Source: Thermoproteota archaeon
GTDB taxonomy: Archaea > Thermoproteota > Nitrososphaeria > Nitrososphaerales > Nitrosopumilaceae
Reading direction: 5' to 3'
DNA length: 32,000 nt
NCBI GenBank assembly: GCA_003352285.1
Contig: QQVN01000005.1
Location: 316,380-348,379 of the forward strand
Made by a program: the position numbers and the translations under genes. Below, in pieces: positions 24,520 through 32,000 of this stretch (position 1 is the stretch's first letter; every line of letters starts with the position of its first letter). Below the pieces are notes generated by a model that was not told the origin of the DNA, made no database searches, and worked only from the letters and a program-made list of their open reading frames with translations.

Positions 24520-25317
24520 ATGCTACAAGAAGCAAGTTACTTAGATTGGAATGATTCTTTTAAAATTTTGAACAAGGCTTACGAATCTGGATTGTTTGTT
24601 TTAATTATTGGTCCAAAAGGAACAGGAAAGACTACTCTGGTAAGGGATTTTGCAAAGAGCAAATCAGTCCCATTAGAATCAATTAACTTTAGCCTTAGAA
24701 CAAGAGAAAGCCATTTGGTGGGAACAAAAACACTCAATGATGGATCAATAGGATTTGATGAGGGAATACTAATCAAGTCAATGAGGGAAGGAAACATACT
24801 ATATCTTGATGAGCTAAATTCTGCAGAAGCAGATGTTCTTTTGAGATTAGATGAAGCCTTGGATGATAGACGACAAATTGTGCTAAAGGAATCCACAGGA
24901 GAAGTTGTCAATGCAAAGGAAGGGTGGTTTGTTGTAGCTACAATTAATCCCTTAACTCATGTTGGAACAAAGGAACTTCCACCTCAACTGCTTAGTAGAT
25001 TTCCAGTGAGAATAAGACTAGAATATCCTCCAGAGGAAATTGAACTAGAAATAATAAAAAAATATGTCTCAGCATCACATCAAGATTCCTTAAAGCAGGG
25101 AATAAAATTGGCAAATACATTACGACAAGCAGCTGCAGTTGAAGAATTGTATTATTCTCCAAGTTTGAGAGAGAGTATTGCATTTGGGAAGATGCTAGAT
25201 TCTGGAGTAGCCCCAAAAGAAGCTGCAAACATTGTTTTTGGTAACGTGTATGCTCAATGGGGAAATGTGGAATATCAAAAAGTAAGCGACATCATTACCT
25301 CCATGTTTGGTAATTAG
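24520..25317 (+). CDS. AAA+ ATPase of the MoxR class, CbbQ/NorQ-like (AAA_5)
   Basis: Walker A is GPKGTGKT and Walker B is ILYLDELN. ATINP and LLSRF are also present. The 265-aa size is typical of CbbQ/NorQ. Confidence 0.8.
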   Translation: MLQEASYLDWNDSFKILNKAYESGLFVLIIGPKGTGKTTLVRDFAKSKSVPLESINFSLRTRESHLVGTKTLNDGSIGFDEGILIKSMREGNILYLDELNSAEADVLLRLDEALDDRRQIVLKESTGEVVNAKEGWFVVATINPLTHVGTKELPPQLLSRFPVRIRLEYPPEEIELEIIKKYVSASHQDSLKQGIKLANTLRQAAAVEELYYSPSLRESIAFGKMLDSGVAPKEAANIVFGNVYAQWGNVEYQKVSDIITSMFGN

Positions 25318-26883
25318 ATGCAATCATTACAAATTAGAAATGATTCTCTTGTTGAGATAGCAACCTTTCTAGCAAGACGGTGGTCTGAAAAAGAAAACAT
25401 CACAGTAGAATTTTCAGACAAAAGTGAAACAAAGACCCTGCTAAGAGAAAGTCGAATTATCTTAGTACCATTTGAGAAATTAAGTGGAGATGATTTTCAA
25501 AGATATAGGCAATTTAGAACTGCTCTTTGGTATGAATCAATGAGAGTGAAATTATGTAAGAAGATTCTCAGCAACGATCATGCGTTTGGGTTTATTCTCA
25601 ATACAATTGAAACAAGAAGGATTGAGCTTTTAGGAAGAAAGATTTGGAAAGGAATGGATGAAGAATTAATCTTCAATTATGCCTTCATGTGGAATTACAG
25701 ACCCATGTTAAACACAGTATATGGAAAAGCAAGAATGGTAGAAGCACTCTATCAATACTTTTTATTTGGTGATGTAAAAGGAGAAATTCAACCTAGTCAT
25801 CTTGAGAGAATTAAGAAAGCCTCTTCATACGCGTCTGAAATTCTACAATATTCAATTAAAAATGATCTCGATACAAATTGGTTAGAAACAAAAATTCCTG
25901 AAATAATAAAAATTCTCGATATTGATTCATTGATGACTATACCAGTTGCATTACCATGGATAAAACCAGGAATGGCCCTTACAGAAGAGGAATTACTAAA
26001 AGCTTTGATCAAAGTTTCAAAAAATCGGGAAAGTGATTTTGGAAAAATTGATCACGAGGCTGCATTTCGTGGAAAAAATATTTTTGAGGAATACAAAGTT
26101 CTCTTGGAAGAAAATAAAAAAAATCAAAATAAAGGATTAGGTACAGAAACGATTGGAGTCAAGATCCCATCCCAAACAAATGTTGATGAAACAACAATCT
26201 ATGATTTGGATTTAATTAATAATCTAAAAATTCGATTCAAAGATTGGAAATCTGGTTGGAAAGAACAGCATCTAAAAACAGGTGATGAGTTTGATGAAGA
26301 AACATACATTGAGGGGCATGAGCCATTTTTTACTGATCAAAAAAAGGTAATAAAAACAAAAATTGTAATTTTGTTGGATCATTCATCAAGTATTTCCTCT
26401 CAACAATTAGAATACAAAAAGGCAACCTTAGCTTTATGTGAAGTATTATCATATTTGAAAATTAATTTTTCTGTTTATGCATTTAGTACTGTGGATAAAG
26501 CGGTGATGTGTTGGTTAGTAAAACCTGATAATATGAAGTGGAATAATATATGCGCAAAACGCCTTACTCAAATTATTGCAAATGGTGGAACTCCACTTGC
26601 CGAAGTGTATGATAAAATGTATTCTGTATTACAATCCAAAAGACCAAATGTTTTTTTGACTTTAACTGATGGAGAGCCGTCAGATCCTAATGCAGTCCGT
26701 TCCATGATTAAATCATTCAAATCAATGGGAATCAAGATGGTTGCACTAGGATTAGGTCCAAACACCGTTGGTGCAACAATTATTGCAAGCAATCTCAAGC
26801 GCTTGGGTTATGAAAGAACTTTGGCAGTCAGTAGATTAAACGATATTCCAAATAGAGTTCTTTCTGTTTTACAGGAGCAATAA
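25318..26883 (+). CDS. von Willebrand factor A domain protein, NorD/CbbO-like partner of the upstream ATPase
   Basis: The C-terminal VWA domain has a complete MIDAS: ILLDHSSS (DxSxS), ANGGTPLAE and LTDGEPSD. Its ATG directly follows the ATPase stop (TAGATG). Confidence 0.8.
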   Translation: MQSLQIRNDSLVEIATFLARRWSEKENITVEFSDKSETKTLLRESRIILVPFEKLSGDDFQRYRQFRTALWYESMRVKLCKKILSNDHAFGFILNTIETRRIELLGRKIWKGMDEELIFNYAFMWNYRPMLNTVYGKARMVEALYQYFLFGDVKGEIQPSHLERIKKASSYASEILQYSIKNDLDTNWLETKIPEIIKILDIDSLMTIPVALPWIKPGMALTEEELLKALIKVSKNRESDFGKIDHEAAFRGKNIFEEYKVLLEENKKNQNKGLGTETIGVKIPSQTNVDETTIYDLDLINNLKIRFKDWKSGWKEQHLKTGDEFDEETYIEGHEPFFTDQKKVIKTKIVILLDHSSSISSQQLEYKKATLALCEVLSYLKINFSVYAFSTVDKAVMCWLVKPDNMKWNNICAKRLTQIIANGGTPLAEVYDKMYSVLQSKRPNVFLTLTDGEPSDPNAVRSMIKSFKSMGIKMVALGLGPNTVGATIIASNLKRLGYERTLAVSRLNDIPNRVLSVLQEQ

Positions 26884-26957
26884 TTTTTTATCAAAACTCT
26901 TAGCTTGTGAAAAAAAACCATATCTAGATATTTATTGAAGGGATCTAAAGTCACCAC

Positions 26958-27095
26958 ATGGGACTATTCAACAGGAACAAGAATTTGGAATTAGCAACTG
27001 TATGTAAGATATGCGGAATGGAATTTTCAGATTCTGAAAGAACACTCAGACATATGGTAAAGGCTCATTCAAAGCCTCGTAAGAGTAAAGGTTAG
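26958..27095 (+). CDS. 45-aa C2H2-type zinc-finger miniprotein
   Basis: My translation is MGLFNRNKNLELATVCKICGMEFSDSERTLRHMVKAHSKPRKSKG. The spacing C-x2-C-x12-H-x4-H matches the classical C2H2 finger. The ORF is below the ORF-track cutoff. Confidence 0.5.
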   Translation: MGLFNRNKNLELATVCKICGMEFSDSERTLRHMVKAHSKPRKSKG

Positions 27096-27147
27096 AAGAA
27101 TTTTCAATTAAGTAAGTTCTAAATTTAGCTAGAAATGGAGGTTTTTC

Positions 27148-28689
27148 ATGAAAGAAGTTGACACAAAGCTTCTTGAACGATTCAAAGAAGGGATTTGGAG
27201 TAAAGTTCCTCATCTAGATGAACAGGGTCACAAAGTCATTAATGCGACTCCTCTAGTCAATCTCACTGAAGATTTGAAGGAATGTGCGAAAAGCGTCTTT
27301 AAACTCAACTTATCAGACAAGGATTTGAGCATTTATGGTAAATTTGATTCTAAATTACCAACAGGCTCTATCAAAGTAAGGCCTGCAGTACACATTATGT
27401 ACAATGCAATAATGGCAGGTCATCTCAAGAGTGGTCAAACAGTAATAGAGGCAACATCAGGTAATTTTGGAATAGCTTTAGGACAATTATCAAAGCTTGG
27501 ATTAACAGTAGTTGCTCTAGTATCAAGAAAATTACAAGAAGGTGTTTTCAAGGAATTAAGAAATGAAAAAATTCGAATCATGGATTTAGATATGGATATC
27601 TGTCCCGCTCCAGGAATGAAAGATAATCCAAATGTTTTAGCAGCAAAGGCAACTGCAGCAAACATTCGTTCACAATTAGTAGAATTAGGTTTTGATCCTG
27701 TACCATTTGATAATGCAAGTAAAGAGATTGAATCACTTTTAGCTGCACAAGATATTATTAATTTAGCAAAGTTTCTTGCAAAGATATACGGATTATTTTG
27801 TCCAGAGCAGTATGATAATCAGCAAAATATCGAAGTTCACCGTACCATCACTGCCCCCGAGATTGACCAGCAATTACATGAAGAAGGAAAATCACTTGGC
27901 GATTATCAAGTTGTTTGTTCTTTTGGAACAGGTGGTACATCAGGCGGTATCAGCAAATACATTTCAGAAAAATATGGTAAAAAATCAGTTCACGTTGTAT
28001 TTCCTCCAGCAGGTCAAGATGTCGCAGGAATCAGAACAAAAGACAAAGCATCAGGGTTAACATTGTTTCAGCCTGACATTTATGCAGGACAGTATGAAAT
28101 AGATTTTGAGCAGGCAAAACATCTCCTAAAATTTTTTGTTGACAAAGGATACGATATTGGGGAGAGTAGTGCACTTGCATTATATGCGGTAATCCAAATG
28201 GCAAATTTTGGAAGTGTAGGAAATTTTGTAGTAATCATTGCAGATGGGATTGACAAATATAGAAAGCACTTGGAAGAGATGTCAAAAAATCAAAAACGAA
28301 CTCAGATTACTCTACAAGAAGCAGCATCACAAATTGACAATTACGATAAAATCATCTGGGTGCACACTCAATATACTCCAAAGGAAGAAGGAGTTGAAAT
28401 TATTGCCAAATCCCTCGGAGTAGATAAATCAAAGATTGTAGTGCCTAAAGCTAGAACAATTGGGGAATTACTTCAAACACAGCAGATCCCTGAAGAATTA
28501 AACAAGGAATTGAATGGTTCCAAGGGAAAGTCATTATTGGTCTGCATGGCAGGAAATACTTCGCTGATGGCAGTCAACGTTCTTGCAAGCAAGGGCGTAG
28601 TAACAGAAAGTTTGACTGGAGGAATTACAAATTTGCCTGAAGGTAGAGGTAGAAACCCAGGTGATTATATCAAAGCAGCAACTGAATAA
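27148..28689 (+). CDS. PLP-dependent cysteine synthase/CBS-family enzyme fused to a C-terminal rhodanese-like domain
   Basis: The PLP lysine block is PTGSIKVRPA. TSGNFGIALG and the phosphate loop SFGTGGTSGG are also present. The C-terminal roughly 120 aa contain LLVCMAGNTSLMAVNVLASKG, a rhodanese-type Cys loop. Confidence 0.75.
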   Translation: MKEVDTKLLERFKEGIWSKVPHLDEQGHKVINATPLVNLTEDLKECAKSVFKLNLSDKDLSIYGKFDSKLPTGSIKVRPAVHIMYNAIMAGHLKSGQTVIEATSGNFGIALGQLSKLGLTVVALVSRKLQEGVFKELRNEKIRIMDLDMDICPAPGMKDNPNVLAAKATAANIRSQLVELGFDPVPFDNASKEIESLLAAQDIINLAKFLAKIYGLFCPEQYDNQQNIEVHRTITAPEIDQQLHEEGKSLGDYQVVCSFGTGGTSGGISKYISEKYGKKSVHVVFPPAGQDVAGIRTKDKASGLTLFQPDIYAGQYEIDFEQAKHLLKFFVDKGYDIGESSALALYAVIQMANFGSVGNFVVIIADGIDKYRKHLEEMSKNQKRTQITLQEAASQIDNYDKIIWVHTQYTPKEEGVEIIAKSLGVDKSKIVVPKARTIGELLQTQQIPEELNKELNGSKGKSLLVCMAGNTSLMAVNVLASKGVVTESLTGGITNLPEGRGRNPGDYIKAATE

Positions 28690-28692
28690 AAC

Positions 28693-29145
28693 TTGAAGTG
28701 TCTTTCTGTCTCTCAACCGTTTGCAGAATTAATTATTTCTGGAAAAAAAACTATAGAGTTACGTAATTGGAATACAAATTTTCGTGGTGAGTTTTTAATC
28801 CATGCTCCAATTAAGATAAAAAAAGAAGATTACAAGCGGCTGAAAATAACTAAACTACTCCCAGCAGGTGTCATAGTGGGCAAAGCTGAACTTTTCGGTG
28901 TAAAAAAATATGAATCTATTTCAGAATTAAAAAAAGATTACAATTATCATTTTGCTAAAAATATTCAGAATAAAAAATATGGTTTTTTGTTAAAAAATCA
29001 AAAAGCGTTTCGGATTCCAATTCCATTGAAAGGTAAACTAGGTTTTTTTGAAGTGAAACTTCCTAAGAGCAAAATCAATGACAAAGCTATAGAAGCTGAC
29101 ATTATTGATGAAGAATACAGGTATCAATGGATAGGGCATCATTAG
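28693..29145 (+). CDS. ASCH (PUA-like) domain protein
   Basis: It starts with TTG. KCLSVSQPFAELIISGKKTIELRNW..GEFLIHA is typical of the ASCH N-terminal strands. Confidence 0.7.
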   Translation: MKCLSVSQPFAELIISGKKTIELRNWNTNFRGEFLIHAPIKIKKEDYKRLKITKLLPAGVIVGKAELFGVKKYESISELKKDYNYHFAKNIQNKKYGFLLKNQKAFRIPIPLKGKLGFFEVKLPKSKINDKAIEADIIDEEYRYQWIGHH

Positions 29146-29176
29146 ATAGGAAAATTTTTTGAAGTATCACCATGTG

Positions 29177-29185
29177 TATATAAAG
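29177..29185 (+). promoter_or_regulatory. TATA box of tbp (tatataaag)
   Basis: It lies 23-31 nt upstream of the TTG start at 29208. It is a strong match to the archaeal TATA consensus. Confidence 0.55.
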
Positions 29186-29207
29186 GGGCGTTCTAAATGA
29201 GCAACGA

Positions 29208-29771
29208 TTGCCCCAGACCAAGCCTATTGTCAGTGTAGAAAATGTTGTTGCATCTGCATCTGTTGATCAAAAAATTGATCTTATTGAAGTTACAAAAAAA
29301 TTTCCAGATACGGAATATCATCCTGAACAATTTCCAGGATTAGTATTTAGATTAAAAAATCCAAGAACTGCCACATTGATTTTCAGAACAGGTAAAATGG
29401 TTTGTACGGGTGCAAAATCTGAAGAAATGGCTGTTAAAGCAGTTAGAACTGTAGTTCAAAATCTTAGAAAAAATGGAATAAAAATTAAAAATGATGCAGT
29501 AATTGTAGTTCAAAATATAGTTGCAGCCATAAATTTAGGCGGTAAAATTCACTTAGAGCGAGCAGCAAGGGTTTTACCACGAAGCATGTATGAGCCAGAA
29601 CAATTTCCTGGCTTAATTCATAGAATGGTAGACCCTAAAACTGTGATTCTTTTGTTTGCATCAGGAAAACTAGTATGTACAGGTGCAAAAAAAGAGGCTG
29701 ATGTTTATCGTTCAGTACATAATTTACATGCATTACTTGAAGAAAAACAATTAATGATCTATGGAGAATAG
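29208..29771 (+). CDS. tbp: TATA-box binding protein
   Basis: It contains the two TBP repeats, VENVVASASVDQKIDL..EQFPGLVFRLKNPRTATLIFRTGKMVCTGAKS and QNIVAAINLGGKIHL..EQFPGLIHRMVDPKTVILLFASGKLVCTGAKK. It starts with TTG, and the nearby ATG at 29197 is out of frame. Confidence 0.95.
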   Translation: MPQTKPIVSVENVVASASVDQKIDLIEVTKKFPDTEYHPEQFPGLVFRLKNPRTATLIFRTGKMVCTGAKSEEMAVKAVRTVVQNLRKNGIKIKNDAVIVVQNIVAAINLGGKIHLERAARVLPRSMYEPEQFPGLIHRMVDPKTVILLFASGKLVCTGAKKEADVYRSVHNLHALLEEKQLMIYGE

Positions 29772-30165
29772 TAAGATATACGTTTTAGAGGAAATAAAAA
29801 TGGAAATTTCAATTGAACCTTGGAAGAAATTAGTTATTCATGAAGTCATTGAATACAAGTTTGATGACTGGGTTAAACAAATAGCATTTAGTAGTAGGAC
29901 ATCGGGTGGAGGAATACCTACAATGCAATGGGCTAATGGAATTGTTTTTTCACCCTTAAATTTTCCTACAACAAATGTAATAATGGAGGAACAGTTGAAA
30001 GGTACACTACATTGGTCATCAGTATCTTTTGCAATTAAGGAAAAATTTGAAAAACAAATAGTAAGTGAAAATGCAACAATAAATTTAGTGGATGTTAGTG
30101 CAAATGATATATTCAATAAGTTAGCTGATGATTTAAAATCTCGCTCAAAATATAAAATTAAATAA
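29761..30165 (+). CDS. hypothetical protein (134 aa)
   Basis: The ORF overlaps the tbp end by 11 nt. An alternative start is MEISIEPW at 29800. No motif recognised. Confidence 0.45.
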   Translation: MENSKIYVLEEIKMEISIEPWKKLVIHEVIEYKFDDWVKQIAFSSRTSGGGIPTMQWANGIVFSPLNFPTTNVIMEEQLKGTLHWSSVSFAIKEKFEKQIVSENATINLVDVSANDIFNKLADDLKSRSKYKIK

Positions 30166-30166
30166 A

Positions 30167-30880
30167 TTATTTTTTAATGGTTATGGAAACTTCTTCTTCT
30201 GACTTTCCATCATCTGCAGAAATAGTATACTTTCCAGAGTCTTCCCATCCAGGTCCCCCAGCAATCAGTAGAGTAGAATAAGTACCATCACTCTTTGTTG
30301 TAACATCCTCAGACCACACTAGGTTTCCCTGTGTGTTTCTAATCGATAAAGAAACTTTGGAAGCAGATGCATCAGTGCTTCCAGAAATAGAAATGATATC
30401 TTCAATTTCATATGACGATGAATCGGTATCTATGATTAATCCAGATACTTTTTGTGTAACTTTTGGTGTAGGTATTTCTTGTGTCCCAGTGTCATCAAAT
30501 TCAAATTGAGAAACTCCTACAATCAATATTATTGCCAAAGCAGCTGCTCCAATTCCAAAAGCAATTTTTGTTGTTTTAGGATTTGATTTTGATACAAATA
30601 TTGGTTGTTTTTTGATGACAGGTTTTGGTATTGGTTTTTCTAGAGAACTGGTTTGTTTGGGTGATTCAATAGGTTTTCTTATGCTTTCTTTTTTTAGCTC
30701 TTCAAATTTTGGTCTTAGATGAGTTTCTACTAATTTTCTTACATAATCTCGCTCATAAACTGAAATTACTTCATTTCTTTCTGCAGCCCTCTTAATTCGT
30801 TCTAAGATTTTAAAATCTCCTTTTTCTAAATTAATCAGTTCGTTTACATCATCTAGGATTGTATCTACCATGGAATTCAA
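30167..30880 (-). CDS. hypothetical single-pass membrane protein with an extracellular Ig-like C-terminal domain
   Basis: It has an N-terminal helical cytoplasmic part, a Pro/Lys-rich linker, the TM helix IAFGIGAAALAIILIVGV and a beta-rich C-terminus. Confidence 0.6.
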   Translation of the reverse strand: MNSMVDTILDDVNELINLEKGDFKILERIKRAAERNEVISVYERDYVRKLVETHLRPKFEELKKESIRKPIESPKQTSSLEKPIPKPVIKKQPIFVSKSNPKTTKIAFGIGAAALAIILIVGVSQFEFDDTGTQEIPTPKVTQKVSGLIIDTDSSSYEIEDIISISGSTDASASKVSLSIRNTQGNLVWSEDVTTKSDGTYSTLLIAGGPGWEDSGKYTISADDGKSEEEVSITIKK

Positions 30881-30962
30881 AATAGATAAGCAGGAATGCC
30901 TTGTTTAACGTTTCTAAGAAAAGATTAGACACAAAACCAATTTTTTAGATTATAAATGAAAA

Positions 30963-31139
30963 CTATTGAGGATAGATTTTTCGTGCTTGAATAATTACAG
31001 TCCTCATGTAATCTTTTGCTGTAGAATCAGAAACACCCATCTGTTTTGCCCTTTTGAATAATTCTCGCTCAGTAGGATTTTGCAGGTAATATTTCAATAG
31101 ATGATTTAATCTATGAGAACGTTTTTCGTCACTTTTCAT
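30963..31139 (-). CDS. possible 58-aa helix-turn-helix-like miniprotein
   Basis: My translation is MKSDEKRSHRLNHLLKYYLQNPTERELFKRAKQMGVSDSTAKDYMRTVIIQARKIYPQ. It is below the ORF-track cutoff and occupies an otherwise empty gap. Confidence 0.35.
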   Translation of the reverse strand: MKSDEKRSHRLNHLLKYYLQNPTERELFKRAKQMGVSDSTAKDYMRTVIIQARKIYPQ

Positions 31140-31288
31140 AATTATAGTTAAAAGATGGAATCTAAAAAGCAGACTGTATTATGATATAACCTTGTGATCG
31201 TCATCGGGATTCTGATATTGTAAAAAAATTACGAAAAGTCTTTACCAATAGACTATTTATTTGAAGTTTAAAATATGAGAATGAAAAA

Positions 31289-31612
31289 ATGGATACCATG
31301 AGAAAAGAGTTCGTTGTAAAGAGTATTGATGCTGCACCAGATGGTGCTCCGTATGTAATAGTATCATTATCATCTGCAAAAGAGCTAAAAGAAGGAATTC
31401 AGCCGCAATCACCTTTCGGTCCCAAAGTCATGGGATTTAGCAACATGAATGATATGATGAAAGATCTAAACAAGATGTTTTCAGGAATGGGAGGAATGCC
31501 AGGTGGAGTTACATCAATAAAAATGGACATGCATGAATACAAACAGATGAATTTATCAGTTGGAGATAAAGTATTCTTAGAGCTGTCAAAAGCTGAATCA
31601 TCAGGTGTTTAA
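31289..31612 (+). CDS. hypothetical protein (107 aa, Met/Gly-rich central segment)
   Basis: Clean ATG-initiated ORF in a gap, containing MNDMMKDLNKMFSGMGGMPGG. No family recognised. Confidence 0.5.
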   Translation: MDTMRKEFVVKSIDAAPDGAPYVIVSLSSAKELKEGIQPQSPFGPKVMGFSNMNDMMKDLNKMFSGMGGMPGGVTSIKMDMHEYKQMNLSVGDKVFLELSKAESSGV

Positions 31613-31623
31613 AGAAATTTTTT

Positions 31624-32000
31624 CTAGATACTAATATTTTGATTTGTGTTCTTTAATTTTTCCCAATCTGCTAGAAAATTTTTCAAGCCAATATCTGTAA
31701 GAGGATGCTTTAGCATTTTACCCAATACATCAGGAGGTAAGGTTACAACATCTGCACCTATTTTGGCAGCTTCAACAACATGAAGAGGATGTCTCACACT
31801 TGCAACAAGAATTTCAGTTTTAAAAGAGTAGTTTTTAAAAATCTCTTTTATTTCTCTGATCAAGTTCATGCCATTATGACCAATATCATCTAATCTTCCA
31901 ATAAATGGACTAACATATTTTGCACCAGCTTTTGCAGCTAAAACTGCTTGATTGGAAGAAAATATCAAAGTTACATTAACAGGTATTCCTTCATTTGTTA
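31624..32000 (-). CDS. tal: transaldolase / fructose-6-phosphate aldolase family protein (C-terminal part; the N-terminus lies beyond the window end)
   Basis: The frame stays open to the window edge. It reads ..[62 protein letters not shown], the type 3B transaldolase/FSA signature. Confidence 0.88.
   Translation of the reverse strand, partial: TNEGIPVNVTLIFSSNQAVLAAKAGAKYVSPFIGRLDDIGHNGMNLIREIKEIFKNYSFKTEILVASVRHPLHVVEAAKIGADVVTLPPDVLGKMLKHPLTDIGLKNFLADWEKLKNTNQNISI

Noticed and set aside
1-32000. CRISPR arrays, IS elements and long tandem repeats
   Set aside because: I scanned the intergenic regions by eye. The only repeats seen were the short 11-nt tandem copy at 15889..15912 and the (TTTTCC)n tracts. 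Nothing had CRISPR-like repeat-spacer periodicity or terminal inverted repeats.

Overview
AT-rich (about one third GC by eye), gene-dense archaeal chromosome segment. The proteins identify it as a marine ammonia-oxidising archaeon of the Nitrosopumilus type (Nitrososphaerota/Thaumarchaeota). The centre of the window (13.9-16.6 kb) is the ammonia monooxygenase locus: amoA-amoX-amoC on the minus strand and amoB divergent on the plus strand. Four small uncharacterised ORFs follow, two of them tiny membrane proteins. The rest is mostly core housekeeping. This includes aconitase (partial), PheRS alpha and beta, TrpRS, SerRS, ribosomal proteins S15 and S3Ae, a RecJ-like DHH protein, Pcc1 and archaeal PPAT. 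It also includes TBP, transaldolase (partial), a geranylgeranyl-reductase-family flavoprotein and four tRNA genes (Ala, Ile, Leu, Thr). tRNA-Ile carries one intron and tRNA-Leu carries two. I found no CRISPR array, transposase, integrase or recognisable defence system. The items most worth follow-up are: (1) the extra small membrane proteins beside amoB; (2) a tightly coupled NorQ/CbbQ-like AAA+ ATPase plus NorD-like VWA protein with no obvious client; (3) a winged-helix regulator fused to what looks like a degenerate B12-binding module; (4) a PLP cysteine-synthase-like enzyme fused to a rhodanese domain; (5) a GC-rich intergenic island with two hairpin-ACA units; (6) an orphan Dam methylase abutting tRNA-Thr. 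All functional calls come from motif recognition by eye. No searches were run.
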